A stretch of 64,000 nt of DNA, taken from assembly GCA_963812605.1 (NCBI GenBank), contig CAWEWF010000001.1, forward strand, positions 64,001-128,000. The letters are read 5' to 3'. A program made the position numbers and the translations under genes. This stretch comes from an uncultured Verrucomicrobiae bacterium (GTDB taxonomy: Bacteria > Verrucomicrobiota > Verrucomicrobiia > Palsa-1439). Under the pieces are notes generated by a model, which searched no databases, was not told the DNA's origin, and worked only from the letters and a program-made list of their open reading frames with translations. Below, one piece after another: positions 1-10,729 of this stretch (its first letter is position 1; each line of letters opens with the position of its first letter).

Positions 1-134
1 GCAAGGAAATCTACGAGGTCGGTGATTCCCGTGATGTGAACATCTCCATCGAAAAATTCCTGGGCCGTCCGCGTTCGTTGGAACCGTTCCTGAAAAAACT
101 CGGGATTGATGGTGATTCCACCAAGAACCAATGA
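1..134 (+). CDS. C-terminal fragment of an M3-family (thimet/oligopeptidase A-like) metallopeptidase, 5' truncated by the window edge
   Basis: Manual translation of frame 3: KEIYEVGDSRDVNISIEKFLGRPRSLEPFLKKLGIDGDSTKNQ*, TGA at 132-134. Resembles the M3 C-terminal G.S.D...FLGR...FL..LG pattern; ends 3 nt before oppA. Confidence 0.65.
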   Translation, partial: KEIYEVGDSRDVNISIEKFLGRPRSLEPFLKKLGIDGDSTKNQ

Positions 135-137
135 CCG

Positions 138-1772
138 ATGCGAGGAAATTGGCCAGCGACATGTTGCTGTGGGTTTTGTCTGGTCCTGGCGTTGTCACTC
201 GCGGGCTGCGGTCGTCGCGAAACGCGCGTGGAAATCGCCGACCGCGAACAGGTGTTGCTCAAGGGCAACGGTGGCGAACCACAAGAGCTTGACCCGCATA
301 TCGTCACCGGGGTTTCCGAGTATCATATTCTTATGTCCCTCTTCGAAGGGCTGGTGACCGAGGATCCGCATGATTTGCATCCCGTGCCCGGCGTCGCTGA
401 AAGCTGGGATGTTTCACCGGATGGAAAGGTGTACACGTTTCATCTTCGGAAGAACGCCAGGTGGTCGAACGGTGATCCTGTCACCGCGCATGATTTTCTC
501 GAATCCTTCAAGCGCATCCTCGCGCCTTCCCTGGCCGCGGAATACTCGTACATGCATTTCGTCGTAAAAAATGCCCGGGCTTACAACGAGGGTAAGATCA
601 CTGATTTCGAGCAGGTCGGCTACAAGGTGCTGGATGATTACACGCTCCAGGTCACGCTGGAAAACTCCACGCCGTATTTCTTGTCATTGCTGCTGCATAA
701 CTCATGGTATCCCGTGCACTTGCCCACAATCCGGAAATATGGCGATCCCTACGAGCGCGGCAGCAAATGGACGCGGGCCGGGCGGTTCGTCGGCAACGGC
801 GCCTTCGTCCTCATCAAATGGAAGGTTAACGACATCATCGTCGTGAAGAAAAGCCCGACGTATTGGGACCGGGACCATGTGGGGCTCAATGAAATCCACT
901 TTCTGCCCATCGAGAGCGACGAAACGGAAGAGCACGCCTTTCGCGCGGGCCAACTCCACATAACGGAGACGTTGCCGTTGACAAAAATTGATTTTTACAA
1001 AAAGAATTACCCGGATCTGCTGCATATCGAACCGTATCTCGGCACCTATTTCTATCGCCTCAATGTCACGAAACCCCCGCTCAATGACAAGCGCGTTCGC
1101 CGCGCGCTGGCGCTGACGATTGATCGCGAGAGCCTGGTGGAAAATGTCTTGCGCGGCGGCCAGTTGCCGGCGTTCTGCCTGACTCCGCCCGGCACGGCGG
1201 GCTACACCGGTCGCACGCAATTGCACGAAGACGTTGCGGAAGCGAAACGCCTGCTGGCGGAAGCGGGTTATCCCGATGGAAAGAACTTTCCGCCCGTCGA
1301 ACTCCTCTACAACACGCTGGAGTCGCACCGGATTATTGCGGAATCCATCCAGCAAATGTGGAAGAAGAACCTGGGCATCGAGGTGCAACTGGTGAACCAG
1401 GAATGGAAGGTCTATCTCGATTCGCAACGCACGCTGAATTACCAGATTTGCCGCGCCTCGTGGATTGGCGACTACGCCGACCCAAATTCGTTTCTCGACA
1501 TGTGGTTGACCGGCGGTGGGAACAATGAAACCGGTTGGTCCAATCCGGAATACGACCGGCTCATTGCGGAGGCCGCGCGCACCACGGACCCGCAGCAACG
1601 GCTGGATGTATTTCAGAAGGCCGAGGCCATCCTGCTCGACGAGTTGCCGATGATCCCAATTTATTTCTACACCCACGTGTATGCGAGCCGGCCGGAAGTC
1701 AAAGGTTGGTATCCGACAATTCTCGATAATCACCCGTACAAATACGTGTACCTTGAACCGGGGAAAAACTGA
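138..1772 (+). CDS. oppA: Oligopeptide ABC transporter substrate-binding lipoprotein (family 5)
   Basis: Lipobox LAGC; EPQELDP, FEGLV, PGVAESWDVS, YTFHLRKNARWSNGDPVTAHDF motifs. Confidence 0.95.
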   Translation: MRGNWPATCCCGFCLVLALSLAGCGRRETRVEIADREQVLLKGNGGEPQELDPHIVTGVSEYHILMSLFEGLVTEDPHDLHPVPGVAESWDVSPDGKVYTFHLRKNARWSNGDPVTAHDFLESFKRILAPSLAAEYSYMHFVVKNARAYNEGKITDFEQVGYKVLDDYTLQVTLENSTPYFLSLLLHNSWYPVHLPTIRKYGDPYERGSKWTRAGRFVGNGAFVLIKWKVNDIIVVKKSPTYWDRDHVGLNEIHFLPIESDETEEHAFRAGQLHITETLPLTKIDFYKKNYPDLLHIEPYLGTYFYRLNVTKPPLNDKRVRRALALTIDRESLVENVLRGGQLPAFCLTPPGTAGYTGRTQLHEDVAEAKRLLAEAGYPDGKNFPPVELLYNTLESHRIIAESIQQMWKKNLGIEVQLVNQEWKVYLDSQRTLNYQICRASWIGDYADPNSFLDMWLTGGGNNETGWSNPEYDRLIAEAARTTDPQQRLDVFQKAEAILLDELPMIPIYFYTHVYASRPEVKGWYPTILDNHPYKYVYLEPGKN

Positions 1773-1784
1773 TTCTCACTGACC

Positions 1785-2702
1785 ATGTTTCGCTTCATCG
1801 CCAAACGATTTCTCGAAATGATCCCGGTCCTCTTCGTGATCGCCACGCTCACGTTCTTTATGGTGCGTCTTGCGCCAGGCGGACCATTCACGACGGAAAA
1901 GGCCATTCCTCCCGAGATCCAAAAGAAGCTCGAAGCCTTCTATGGACTGAATAAACCGTTGTTTCAACAGTACCTCGATTACATGGGCAACCTGCTCAAG
2001 GGTGATTTGGGGCCGTCATTCAAATACGCCACATGGTCGGTTAACGAACTGATCTGGGCGGCTTTCCCGGTCTCACTGGAACTCGGTTGCTATGGGTTGG
2101 CCATCGCGCTGGTTCTTGGATTGGGCGCCGGCATCGTCGCCTCGTTGCGCCAGAATTCGGGGGTCGACCACATCACCATGTCCCTGGCGATGATTGGAAT
2201 TTGTGTGCCGACGTTTGTACTGGGGCCGCTGTTGATTCTCGTTTTTGGGCTCGGCTTGGGCTGGGTCAACGCCTCGGGATGGGATTCCGCTCGCGACCGC
2301 ATTATGCCATCGCTCACGTTGGGCTTTTTCTACGCCGCATACATCGCGCGCCTGGCGCGCGGTGGCATGTTGGAGATCCTCAACCAGGATTTTATCCGCA
2401 CCGCGCGCGCCAAGGGCGCGTCCCCCACAAGGGTCATTCTCAAACACGCGCTCAAGGGCGGCCTGCTCCCGGTCGTCTCCTTCCTCGGCCCGGCGATCGC
2501 TGACATCATTACCGGCTCGTTTGTCGTGGAAACGATTTTTCAAGTGCCCGGTCTGGGGCGCTTTTTTGTGACGGCGGCCTTCAACCGTGATTACACGATG
2601 GTGATCGGCACGGTCCTGTTTTACGCGGTGCTGATTATTCTGCTCAATCTCGCCGTGGATGTCGTTCAGGTCTGGCTTAATCCAAGATTGCGGTTTGAAT
2701 AA
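1785..2702 (+). CDS. oppB: Oligopeptide ABC transporter permease
   Basis: LAPGGPF, GDLGPSF, EAA-loop DFIRTARAKG, VVETIF..PGLG. Confidence 0.95.
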   Translation: MFRFIAKRFLEMIPVLFVIATLTFFMVRLAPGGPFTTEKAIPPEIQKKLEAFYGLNKPLFQQYLDYMGNLLKGDLGPSFKYATWSVNELIWAAFPVSLELGCYGLAIALVLGLGAGIVASLRQNSGVDHITMSLAMIGICVPTFVLGPLLILVFGLGLGWVNASGWDSARDRIMPSLTLGFFYAAYIARLARGGMLEILNQDFIRTARAKGASPTRVILKHALKGGLLPVVSFLGPAIADIITGSFVVETIFQVPGLGRFFVTAAFNRDYTMVIGTVLFYAVLIILLNLAVDVVQVWLNPRLRFE

Positions 2703-2703
2703 A

Positions 2704-3609
2704 ATGCAGCCAACCATCGTACCCCAGATGCCCCAGGCAGTCCCGCTCGCCAGAGTGGAAGCGGGAACCTCTTTGTGGCGTGACGCGTGGCTGCGCCTCA
2801 AAAAAAACAGGATGGCCGTAGTCAGCGCGGTGATCCTGGCGGTTCTTTCGCTCGCGTCGGCGCTGGCCCCATGGATTGCGCCGTATTCCTATGAGGAACA
2901 GAATCTCGCGCTTCGCGCGGTGCCGCCACGCGCCGGCCACTGGCTCGGCACTGATGCCCTTGGCCGCGACCAATTGACGCGTTTGTTATACGGCGGGCGC
3001 GTCTCGCTCATGGTGGGCATCGTGGCAACGGCTGTCGCGCTCGTCATCGGCGTGACATACGGCGCCATCTCCGGTTTTCTTGGCGGCATGGTCGACGTTG
3101 TCATGATGCGGATTGTGGACATCATTTACGCGCTGCCCTTCACCATTTTTGTTATTTTGCTGATGGTCTTTTTCGGGCGCGATATTCGCCTGTTGTTTGT
3201 GGCCATCGGCGCGGTCGAATGGCTGACGATGGCGCGCATCATTCGCGCCCAGGTGCAATCGCTCCAAAAGCAGGAATTCATCGAGGCGGCGCGCGCGCTT
3301 GGTTTGCGGAGACGGCGAATTATTTTCGTGCATATGCTGCCCAACGTCCTCGGGCCGATCATCGTGTATGCCACGCTGACGGTACCGGCGGTGATGTTGC
3401 TGGAAGCGTTCCTCAGCTTCCTCGGCCTGGGAGTCCAGCCGCCCATGAGTTCGTGGGGTTTGATGATCAAGGACGGGGCTGACCGGATGGAGGAATGTCC
3501 CTGGCTGCTCATCGTGCCGGGAATCACCTTGGCGGTGACGCTGTTTTGCCTGAACTTCCTCGGTGACGGCTTGCGCGACGCGCTGGATGTCCGCACTTCG
3601 ACGGATTGA
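2704..3609 (+). CDS. oppC: Oligopeptide ABC transporter permease
   Basis: HWLGTDALGRD, EFIEAARALG, LSFLGLGVQPPMSSWG; start set to the ATG at 2704 just after the oppB stop. Confidence 0.95.
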   Translation: MQPTIVPQMPQAVPLARVEAGTSLWRDAWLRLKKNRMAVVSAVILAVLSLASALAPWIAPYSYEEQNLALRAVPPRAGHWLGTDALGRDQLTRLLYGGRVSLMVGIVATAVALVIGVTYGAISGFLGGMVDVVMMRIVDIIYALPFTIFVILLMVFFGRDIRLLFVAIGAVEWLTMARIIRAQVQSLQKQEFIEAARALGLRRRRIIFVHMLPNVLGPIIVYATLTVPAVMLLEAFLSFLGLGVQPPMSSWGLMIKDGADRMEECPWLLIVPGITLAVTLFCLNFLGDGLRDALDVRTSTD

Positions 3610-3614
3610 TTTTT

Positions 3615-4613
3615 ATGCCCTTGCTCACCGTCAACAATCTTCGCGTGCACTTCCACACCCGCAACGGCGTGGTGCGCGCCACCGATGATATTTCCTTTAC
3701 CATCGAGAAGGGGGAGACGCTCAGCATCGTCGGCGAATCCGGCTCCGGCAAATCTGTCACCTGTTACGCGTTGATGGGCCTAGTTCCCCAGCCGCCCGGA
3801 AGAATCGAAAGCGGTTCCGCTGTTTTCGACGACAAGATCGACCTGCTCCAGTGTTCGCCGCGAGAGTTGAATCGCATTCGCGGCAAACGCATCGCGATGA
3901 TCTTCCAGGACCCGATGACCTCGCTCAACCCGTATCTGCGGATCGAGGATCAACTGATCGAGCCGCTGATGATCCACGAAAACATCGACCGGCGTGAAGC
4001 AGTCCAACGCGGCATCCACGCGCTGGAAGAGGTCGGGGTGTCGGATGCGGCCCGACGAATCCGCGGTTACCCGCACGAGTTCTCCGGCGGCATGCGCCAG
4101 CGTGTGATGATCGCCATGGCGTTGATCACGAAGCCGGAATTACTCATTGCGGATGAACCGACCACAGCACTTGATGTCACCATCCAGGCCCAGATCCTCG
4201 ATTTATTGAAAGACCTCAAGAAGAAAACCGGTATGAGCATCCTGCTAATCACGCACAACCTCGGCATCGTTGGCGACCTGGCGGACAAAGTCGCCGTGAT
4301 GTATGCCGGCCGGATCGTTGAACAGGCCCCTACCGCTGCCCTTCTGCAGAAGCCGTTGCACCCGTATACCATTGGCTTGATGCAATCGATACCCCGGCTC
4401 GGCGCGCACAAGGAACGACTGCACTCGATCCCCGGTTCCGTGCCGGATGCGGCGCGGCTGCCGGCTGGCTGCAAGTTCCAAGCGCGCTGCGACCGCGCGC
4501 AAGACGACTGCACCCGCGACCCTGAACCGCAACTTGTCGGGGCCAACAACGACGCGCACCGTGTCCGCTGTCCCTATTGGAACAAACCGGAATTGAAGAG
4601 GACAATTCCATGA
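3615..4613 (+). CDS. oppD: Oligopeptide ABC transporter ATP-binding subunit
   Basis: [27 protein letters not shown]-terminal Cys-rich oligo_HPY domain. Confidence 0.95.
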   Translation: MPLLTVNNLRVHFHTRNGVVRATDDISFTIEKGETLSIVGESGSGKSVTCYALMGLVPQPPGRIESGSAVFDDKIDLLQCSPRELNRIRGKRIAMIFQDPMTSLNPYLRIEDQLIEPLMIHENIDRREAVQRGIHALEEVGVSDAARRIRGYPHEFSGGMRQRVMIAMALITKPELLIADEPTTALDVTIQAQILDLLKDLKKKTGMSILLITHNLGIVGDLADKVAVMYAGRIVEQAPTAALLQKPLHPYTIGLMQSIPRLGAHKERLHSIPGSVPDAARLPAGCKFQARCDRAQDDCTRDPEPQLVGANNDAHRVRCPYWNKPELKRTIP

Positions 4614-5533
4614 GCCTTGTCGAGATCAAGGACCTCAAAACGTATTTCCCGGTCCGCGCGGGAGTGCTCCAGCGTCCCGTCGGTTGGGTCCGCGCCGTCG
4701 ATGGCGTCAGTTTCGCGATCAACGAAGGGGAGACGGTGGGTCTTGTCGGTGAAAGCGGTTGCGGTAAAACCACGCTCGGAAGGACGATGCTGCGCCTGGT
4801 GGAACCCACCGCTGGTGAAATTCGGTTTGAGGGACAAGATATCACGAAACTCGATCGCGCCGAAATGAGGCCGTTCCGCCGCAAAGCGCAGATGATTTTC
4901 CAGGACCCGTATGGATCACTTAACCCGCGCATGACCATCGGGAACATTATTGCCGAGCCTCTGCGCATTCACAAGTTGTGCGCGAATAGAAGCGAGGTGC
5001 GCGATCGGGTCGCTGAATTGTTGCGGTCGGTCGGCCTTCCTGCGGAACACGCGCGCCGCTATCCACACGAATTCAGCGGCGGTCAGCGGCAACGCATCGG
5101 CATCGCCCGCGCCCTCGCCGTGGAACCGAAGTTCATCATCTGCGACGAACCGGTCAGCGCGCTCGACGTCAGCGTCCAGGCGCAAATCATCAACCTGCTG
5201 CAGGACCTTCAGGAGAAGTTCGAGCTTACGTACCTGTTCGTCGCCCACGATCTCGCAGTAGTCGAGCATATCAGCGACCGGGTTCTCGTGATGTATTACG
5301 GCAAGCTGGTGGAAGAAGCCAGCGCGGAGGAGATTTACGCCCATCCCGTCCATCCGTACACGCAAGCGCTGTTGTCCGCCGTCCCGACGGTCGACCTGGC
5401 GCAGAAGCGCCAGCGAATCATCTGGCCGCCCGTGGGCACAACGCCCGAACAGGCCCGCGCTTCGCTCCAGGAAAAGAAACTCACTCGAAACGAAGTGCGA
5501 CCGAGCCATTGGGTTTTGCAGGAAACCTCCTAA
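4610..5533 (+). CDS. oppF: Oligopeptide ABC transporter ATP-binding subunit
   Basis: [25 protein letters not shown]; ATGA overlap with oppD. Confidence 0.95.
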   Translation: MSLVEIKDLKTYFPVRAGVLQRPVGWVRAVDGVSFAINEGETVGLVGESGCGKTTLGRTMLRLVEPTAGEIRFEGQDITKLDRAEMRPFRRKAQMIFQDPYGSLNPRMTIGNIIAEPLRIHKLCANRSEVRDRVAELLRSVGLPAEHARRYPHEFSGGQRQRIGIARALAVEPKFIICDEPVSALDVSVQAQIINLLQDLQEKFELTYLFVAHDLAVVEHISDRVLVMYYGKLVEEASAEEIYAHPVHPYTQALLSAVPTVDLAQKRQRIIWPPVGTTPEQARASLQEKKLTRNEVRPSHWVLQETS

Positions 5534-6651
5534 TGCAGGATGTGTCCGGCCAATTGCCGCGCCGCCAAGGCGAGAAGTTCTTCTGCGCGCTCCAGTGCCT
5601 CGTTTAGCTCCATTCCCGGTTTCATCGTCGGGAGGGCCAATTCGATTCCCTCGCGGCGATAAATTTCTTGGGAAACTTCCACGCTGCCCGCCAGCACGGC
5701 TACCTTCGCCCCGTGTTTCGCGGCGAGTCTGCCGATCCCGGACACCACCTTGCCTCGCAACGATTGCTTGTCGAATCGACCTTCACCCGTGACCACCCAA
5801 TCCGCACCAGCAAGTTCAGTGTCGAGCCCGGTCGCGTGAATCACGATTTCAATACCGGGCGCAAGCCGCGCGTCCATAAACGCGACCGCTCCCCCGGCCA
5901 GGCCGCCGGCCGCCCCCGCACCGCGAACATTCACGATCTCCTTGCCCAGTTGCTCCTTCACCAATCTCGCCAGGTGTTGCAACCCGTTGTCGAGCCGCTC
6001 GACCATGGCCGGCGTCGCGCCTTTTTGTGGGCCGAAAATATGCGCGGCGCCCTGACTGCCGCACAATGGGTTGTCGACATCGCAGAGGACCTCCACTGCC
6101 GGGAGTTGCAGTGTATCTGGACGCTCAATCCGCACAATCCGCTCCAATTCCCTGCCACCAGGCCCGATGGGTTTCCCTTTCGCATCCAGAAGTCGCCAAC
6201 CAAGCGCCATCGCGGCGCCAACTCCGCCATCTACTGTGGCGCTCCCGCCGACTGCCAGCCAAATGCGCCCGGCCCCGTGTTCGATGGCCGCGCGAATCAA
6301 TTCGCCGGTGCCGTACGTGGTTGTGAGCAGGGGATTACGCTGTTCGGGTGTCAGCAGGACCAGGCCGCTCGCGTTCGCCGTGGCAATGACCGCGGTTGCT
6401 TCTTTTGCCAACCATACGTAGCGAGCGGTACAAGATATCTCCGGAAGCGGACCCATTACCGAAAGCGCGATCCATTCTCCCCCCCGTGCTGCCAGAAGAA
6501 TTTCGTCCGTTCCGTCACCGCCATCGGCCATCGGCTTCGTTACAACACGCGCCTCGGGCCGCACCGAGAGCAGCGCATCGCGCACGATATCACAGGCGCG
6601 TGACGCTGGGAGGCTGCCTTTGAACTTGTCGAGCGCAACGACGATCTTCAC
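5530..6651 (-). CDS. glxK: Glycerate kinase (GlxK/GarK family)
   Basis: [46 protein letters not shown]. Confidence 0.92.
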   Translation of the reverse strand: MKIVVALDKFKGSLPASRACDIVRDALLSVRPEARVVTKPMADGGDGTDEILLAARGGEWIALSVMGPLPEISCTARYVWLAKEATAVIATANASGLVLLTPEQRNPLLTTTYGTGELIRAAIEHGAGRIWLAVGGSATVDGGVGAAMALGWRLLDAKGKPIGPGGRELERIVRIERPDTLQLPAVEVLCDVDNPLCGSQGAAHIFGPQKGATPAMVERLDNGLQHLARLVKEQLGKEIVNVRGAGAAGGLAGGAVAFMDARLAPGIEIVIHATGLDTELAGADWVVTGEGRFDKQSLRGKVVSGIGRLAAKHGAKVAVLAGSVEVSQEIYRREGIELALPTMKPGMELNEALERAEELLALAARQLAGHILH

Positions 6652-6690
6652 GACACGATTATAGGTCGGGAATGTTGCTGGTGAAACCAG

Positions 6691-7686
6691 TTAATCCGTC
6701 CGCCGAGAAGGCGTTTCCACGCTGTGCTTGTAAGCCAGGATTCCCCTGGCGATGGCTTCCGCGAGGCGATTGCGGTATTCCGGATTCATCACCTGCTGTT
6801 CTTCAGCCTGATTCGTCAAAAAGCCGCCCTCAATAAGAATCGCGGGACAATTGGCATCTCGCAACACCTCAAACCGCGCGCGCCGCACCCCGCGATCCGC
6901 CGCGCCCGTGGCGTTGAGCGCTGCCGCGTGCACGCAATGCGCGAGCCAGACATTCCGTTCATCCCAACGGTTGCCGGCTTGCGCGTCGTTGCGGTGACGC
7001 GAGTTGGCATCGTCCGTGGAGGCGTTGCCGGCTGGCGTGAGGCAATACGTCTCGATTCCGCTGGCCGTCGGGCCGCCAGAATTGAAATGGATACTCACGA
7101 AAACATCGCCGCCGTGTGCCAGGCAGAAAGCCGGACGCCCCTCCAGCGGCGTCGTGGTGTCCGTCTCCCGGGTCAATAGCACTCGCGCGCCGGCATCCGC
7201 CAAATGACGGCCGACGTGCCGGGCGACGTCCAGTGTCCATTCCTTTTCCACATGCCCGCTCAAACCGCGGGCGCCCGTGTCCGCGCCGCCGTGACCGGGA
7301 TCCAGGATAATCGTGCGGAGTGATGCGTTCCCGGCCAACCGTAGCGGGCGCAAAATCGGAGCAATGGTCTTGCTCATATCATCGGCACGAATCCACAAGG
7401 TGCCTCGCTGCGAAAGAACTGGCGCATCCAGCCAATGAATGACCCCATTCAGGTGGATATCGCGATGGTCCGCTTCGATGGCGAGTTCGGCGGCGCCGGT
7501 CCGATATTCGGCACGGCGCGCATCCCGACTGCGGTCGCGCCCCAATTCATAGACTGATGCCAACTGGCGAACGGCCACATAGGGGCCGCCAGCCAGATGA
7601 TGTTGCGGGACGGCTTGTGGTTCCGCAGACGCCCCGAGAGTGGCGCATCCAAGAAGAGTGACAATCAGTGCGTGTGGCCGGTGCAT
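6691..7686 (-). CDS. N-acetylmuramoyl-L-alanine amidase (Amidase_3) with signal peptide and N-terminal accessory domain
   Basis: LDPGHGG, VEK, SIHFN, LIEGGF zinc/catalytic residues all intact; start MHRPHALIVTLLG at 7686 overlaps the upstream MerC-like gene. Confidence 0.9.
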   Translation of the reverse strand: MHRPHALIVTLLGCATLGASAEPQAVPQHHLAGGPYVAVRQLASVYELGRDRSRDARRAEYRTGAAELAIEADHRDIHLNGVIHWLDAPVLSQRGTLWIRADDMSKTIAPILRPLRLAGNASLRTIILDPGHGGADTGARGLSGHVEKEWTLDVARHVGRHLADAGARVLLTRETDTTTPLEGRPAFCLAHGGDVFVSIHFNSGGPTASGIETYCLTPAGNASTDDANSRHRNDAQAGNRWDERNVWLAHCVHAAALNATGAADRGVRRARFEVLRDANCPAILIEGGFLTNQAEEQQVMNPEYRNRLAEAIARGILAYKHSVETPSRRTD

Positions 7687-8135
7687 TGGCAGAGCCGTCG
7701 GTCTTTCCACAGGGCGTAGGCCATGAGCAACGGTCCGGCGATGACCAATGTCTGCGCAAGAAATGGCCCAAGGTGAAGCGCGGCAAACCGGCCGGTGGCG
7801 TTCATGATGAGACCGGCCAAAACCAAACAAAGCGGCAGCGCGTCCCGATGATGCCGCAGGCTGAGCAGGCAACCACCCAAACCAAACACCGCCGCCACGC
7901 CCAGCACGAGGGCATCCATGATTCGACTCCAGTGAATCCATGACAATACCGGGAAGAAAATCAGCACGATGGGCATCACCATGCAATGCACGGCGCAGGT
8001 CGCGGACAACCAGATTCCCAAGCGATCCAGTTTGGCATGGGTGTGAGGGGGTGGATCCTGACAACCCAGCGGTTTCAGGGAGATGCGCTCACTTTCCGTA
8101 TACGGTTTGTACACGGTTGGAGTTTCCGTGTTCAT
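7665..8135 (-). CDS. MerC-domain membrane protein
   Basis: LDRLGIWLSATCAVHC motif, about 4 TM segments, His/Cys-rich ends (CQDPPPHTH; CQCTGHTH). Confidence 0.85.
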   Translation of the reverse strand: MNTETPTVYKPYTESERISLKPLGCQDPPPHTHAKLDRLGIWLSATCAVHCMVMPIVLIFFPVLSWIHWSRIMDALVLGVAAVFGLGGCLLSLRHHRDALPLCLVLAGLIMNATGRFAALHLGPFLAQTLVIAGPLLMAYALWKDRRLCQCTGHTH

Positions 8136-8680
8136 CGCGCGTCGATTTTTTCCGCCGTGAGCACGTAGAGGCTGACCAGATAACCATCTTGCTTGGTTTC
8201 CCCCACATCGAATTGCCCGCGGATACGGATTACGTCGTCATAGAACTTCGTGGTCTGGCCCGGGGGCATCTTCACCACGACGATGTGATTGACGGCCGGC
8301 GGCTGGCCGTAGCAGCAACCCCAGAGCGACGGGACGAGCAGAAATTGCGTGATGTTCTTGACCTCGGTCAGCGGCATCATGAAGCCGACCATCTCCACGT
8401 TCTTTTTGTCCAGCGCCTTGATGAATGCCGGGATCGGGGTCTTGCCTTCTATGTACGTCCAGCTTTTCAACGTGTCGAACTCCAGCTTTTGATACCGCGG
8501 ATCGGCATCCGCCGCTACAGCCGGCGCCGCATTCGCCACTTCCAACTTTGCCTGCTTGCGCTGCATAAGCTGTTGTTGAAGCATGCTGGCCAGGCCCGGT
8601 AACAGGAGTAAACCTATCACCGCAGCGCCCATACCGAAGGATTTCAACTGCTGTTTTTTCATGGCAATGATCATGGACAC
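8132..8680 (-). CDS. DUF3299-family membrane-anchored protein (PA4066/ZrgE-like)
   Basis: LDKKNVEMVGFMMPL...FLLVPSLWGCCYGQPPAVNHIVVV...IRIRGQF; N-terminal anchor; follows the ABC permease. Confidence 0.85.
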   Translation of the reverse strand: MSMIIAMKKQQLKSFGMGAAVIGLLLLPGLASMLQQQLMQRKQAKLEVANAAPAVAADADPRYQKLEFDTLKSWTYIEGKTPIPAFIKALDKKNVEMVGFMMPLTEVKNITQFLLVPSLWGCCYGQPPAVNHIVVVKMPPGQTTKFYDDVIRIRGQFDVGETKQDGYLVSLYVLTAEKIDAR

Positions 8681-8686
8681 GCGTTC

Positions 8687-10054
8687 CTAACTGCTCGGCG
8701 CAAGGTTCTTCGCGACATCGGTGCGATACGCACCCCATGCCGGGCCGATCCCACTGATGGCGCCCAGTATAACCGCTACGGCAAGAATATACCACTCCAA
8801 TGCCTGCATGTGAAATGCCGGAATGACAAATCCTGAAGCCCGGTAAAGGGCCCCATTGGCCGCCGCCACGACCAAATGCCCGCCCAACAGGCCGGCCGCC
8901 GCGCCCACTATGCAAATGGCCATGGCCTCCAGCAGAACGATAGAGAAAATCGTCGCCCGCCGCGCGCCCAGCGCGCGCAAAATGGCAATCTCACGCCGCC
9001 GTTCGCTCATCGAGTTGTAGATCGACACGGCAATGGCCACGCCCGCGACGACCAGAACCAAAATTGCCTGAGCAAAGAGAAGGCGGTCAATATTGCCAAC
9101 GATATCGAATAACTTGCGAATCTCCGCCGCCGGGAATGCCGCCATCGCATCCTCACGGTCGTTGATCTCGCGATACAACGGGAATGCGTGGATCGGACTT
9201 CGCAACTTGAGCACGATTGAGGAAACCTGGCCGGGATCCGGATCGTTGTCTTTCTCTTCCACCTTCGCCGGCGCGGTTGGTTCCCGGAGTTCGTGCCCTT
9301 CGATGTGATAAAAACTGTCGAGGTTGATGTAGATTGCCCGATCGGCGGCGGTGCGTGTTGGCGCGAGAATACCGACAACCGTCCATGGGTTTTCCGTGTG
9401 CTCCTTGGCTTCCGCGGACGGCTGCACGCCGTGCGCGGCGATGAACGTCTGACCGATCTGCAAACCGGTCTGTTGGGCGACCGTCGAACCGATCACCGCC
9501 TCGAAGGGGCGGCTGGCCGGCATACCCTCCGCCACAGGCGCCGGTTTGACTTCCTCACCACGCTCCCTGGCCTCTCGCTCTTTTGCCCGCTGCTCGGCTT
9601 CCTGGAACGCGCCCTTCAAGGCCGCTTCGGTAAAGGTGAAAACGCGCCCGGCCGCCAACTCGGGTTTGCGGCCCGGTTCGAATTCGAAGTCTTTAAAAAA
9701 CGCGTCGGTGGTGCCGACAATGCGGAAGCCGTGGAAGTTGTCGCCGACCGAGAATGGCACGGCGAGCTTCACGCGCGGGTCGGCGCGCAACTGTTCGAAT
9801 AATTTCCAGGAAATGTTTCCCGGTGAAATATCGAGATTGTACACGGTGTTGAGGACCAACTGCAATGGGCTGCCCTTGGCGCCCACGACCATTTCGTAGC
9901 CGACAGTGCCCTGCTCGAACCGCTGCTGCACGCCCTGTTTGATTAGGACAATCGCCACCGCCAGGGCCACGCCCAACGCCACCGACGTGCCCGTCAGCCA
10001 CGTGGCCAGCGCGCGCTGGCGCATGTTCTTCATTACGATTTTCATCAAATTCAT
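8687..10054 (-). CDS. Type VII (MacB/FtsX-like) ABC permease, PA4065/ZrgC-like
   Basis: VGAKGSPLQLVLNTVY, PFSVGDNFHGFRIVGT, ERRREIAILRALGA; His-bearing periplasmic loop. Confidence 0.9.
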   Translation of the reverse strand: MNLMKIVMKNMRQRALATWLTGTSVALGVALAVAIVLIKQGVQQRFEQGTVGYEMVVGAKGSPLQLVLNTVYNLDISPGNISWKLFEQLRADPRVKLAVPFSVGDNFHGFRIVGTTDAFFKDFEFEPGRKPELAAGRVFTFTEAALKGAFQEAEQRAKEREARERGEEVKPAPVAEGMPASRPFEAVIGSTVAQQTGLQIGQTFIAAHGVQPSAEAKEHTENPWTVVGILAPTRTAADRAIYINLDSFYHIEGHELREPTAPAKVEEKDNDPDPGQVSSIVLKLRSPIHAFPLYREINDREDAMAAFPAAEIRKLFDIVGNIDRLLFAQAILVLVVAGVAIAVSIYNSMSERRREIAILRALGARRATIFSIVLLEAMAICIVGAAAGLLGGHLVVAAANGALYRASGFVIPAFHMQALEWYILAVAVILGAISGIGPAWGAYRTDVAKNLAPSS

Positions 10055-10713
10055 CGCAAATCCTCCAGACGAACGATTTTTTCAAAGCTCTTCATTACCT
10101 GCGGGTCGTGGGTGACCAAAAGTAGCGTGTGCTTGCCCTCGGTACAAACCCGGCGCAGCAACTCCAGCACCGCCATGCCATTCTTGGCATCAAGACTGCC
10201 GGTGGGTTCATCGGCCAATACCAGCGGCGGCGCGTTGGCCAGCGCGCGGGCGATGGCCACACGTTGCTGTTCGCCAACTGACAGCGCGCGCGGCTTGTGA
10301 TGCAGGCGCTGTTCAAGGCCGACGCTCTTCAACAATTGGATTGCGCGATCCATGCCGCCATTTCCCCCGCCGAACATCTGGCCCAAGAGCACGTTTTCCA
10401 GCGCGGTGAATCCTTGCAGCAGGTTGAACGATTGGAACACGTACCCGATGTTGGCGGCCCGAAATCGGTCACGCGCCGCTTCACTGAGTTTGGTGGGATC
10501 CGTGCCGTTGACCATGATCTCCCCCTTGTCCGGCAGGAGGATGCCCGCGATCAGGTTCAGCAGCGTGCTCTTGCCTGAGCCGCTCTGCCCGACCAACACG
10601 GTTTGTTCGCCCGCGCCCAGTGCGAACTGTCGCACATTGACCACTTCCAGCAGATTGCCGTCCGCTTCGCGGAAGCTCTTGCTGACATTACGTAATGCTA
10701 ATATTTCATTCAT
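10051..10713 (-). CDS. ABC ATP-binding protein (LolD/FtsE-like), PA4064/ZrgB-like
   Basis: GQSGSGKS, LSVGEQQR, LADEPTGSLD. Confidence 0.93.
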   Translation of the reverse strand: MNEILALRNVSKSFREADGNLLEVVNVRQFALGAGEQTVLVGQSGSGKSTLLNLIAGILLPDKGEIMVNGTDPTKLSEAARDRFRAANIGYVFQSFNLLQGFTALENVLLGQMFGGGNGGMDRAIQLLKSVGLEQRLHHKPRALSVGEQQRVAIARALANAPPLVLADEPTGSLDAKNGMAVLELLRRVCTEGKHTLLLVTHDPQVMKSFEKIVRLEDLR

Positions 10714-10729
10714 CAGTTGCCCTCACGGT

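Noticed and set aside
7665-8135. Mercury-resistance locus
   Set aside because: No merA, merR, merP or merT; the MerC-like gene lies in an uptake-type operon.
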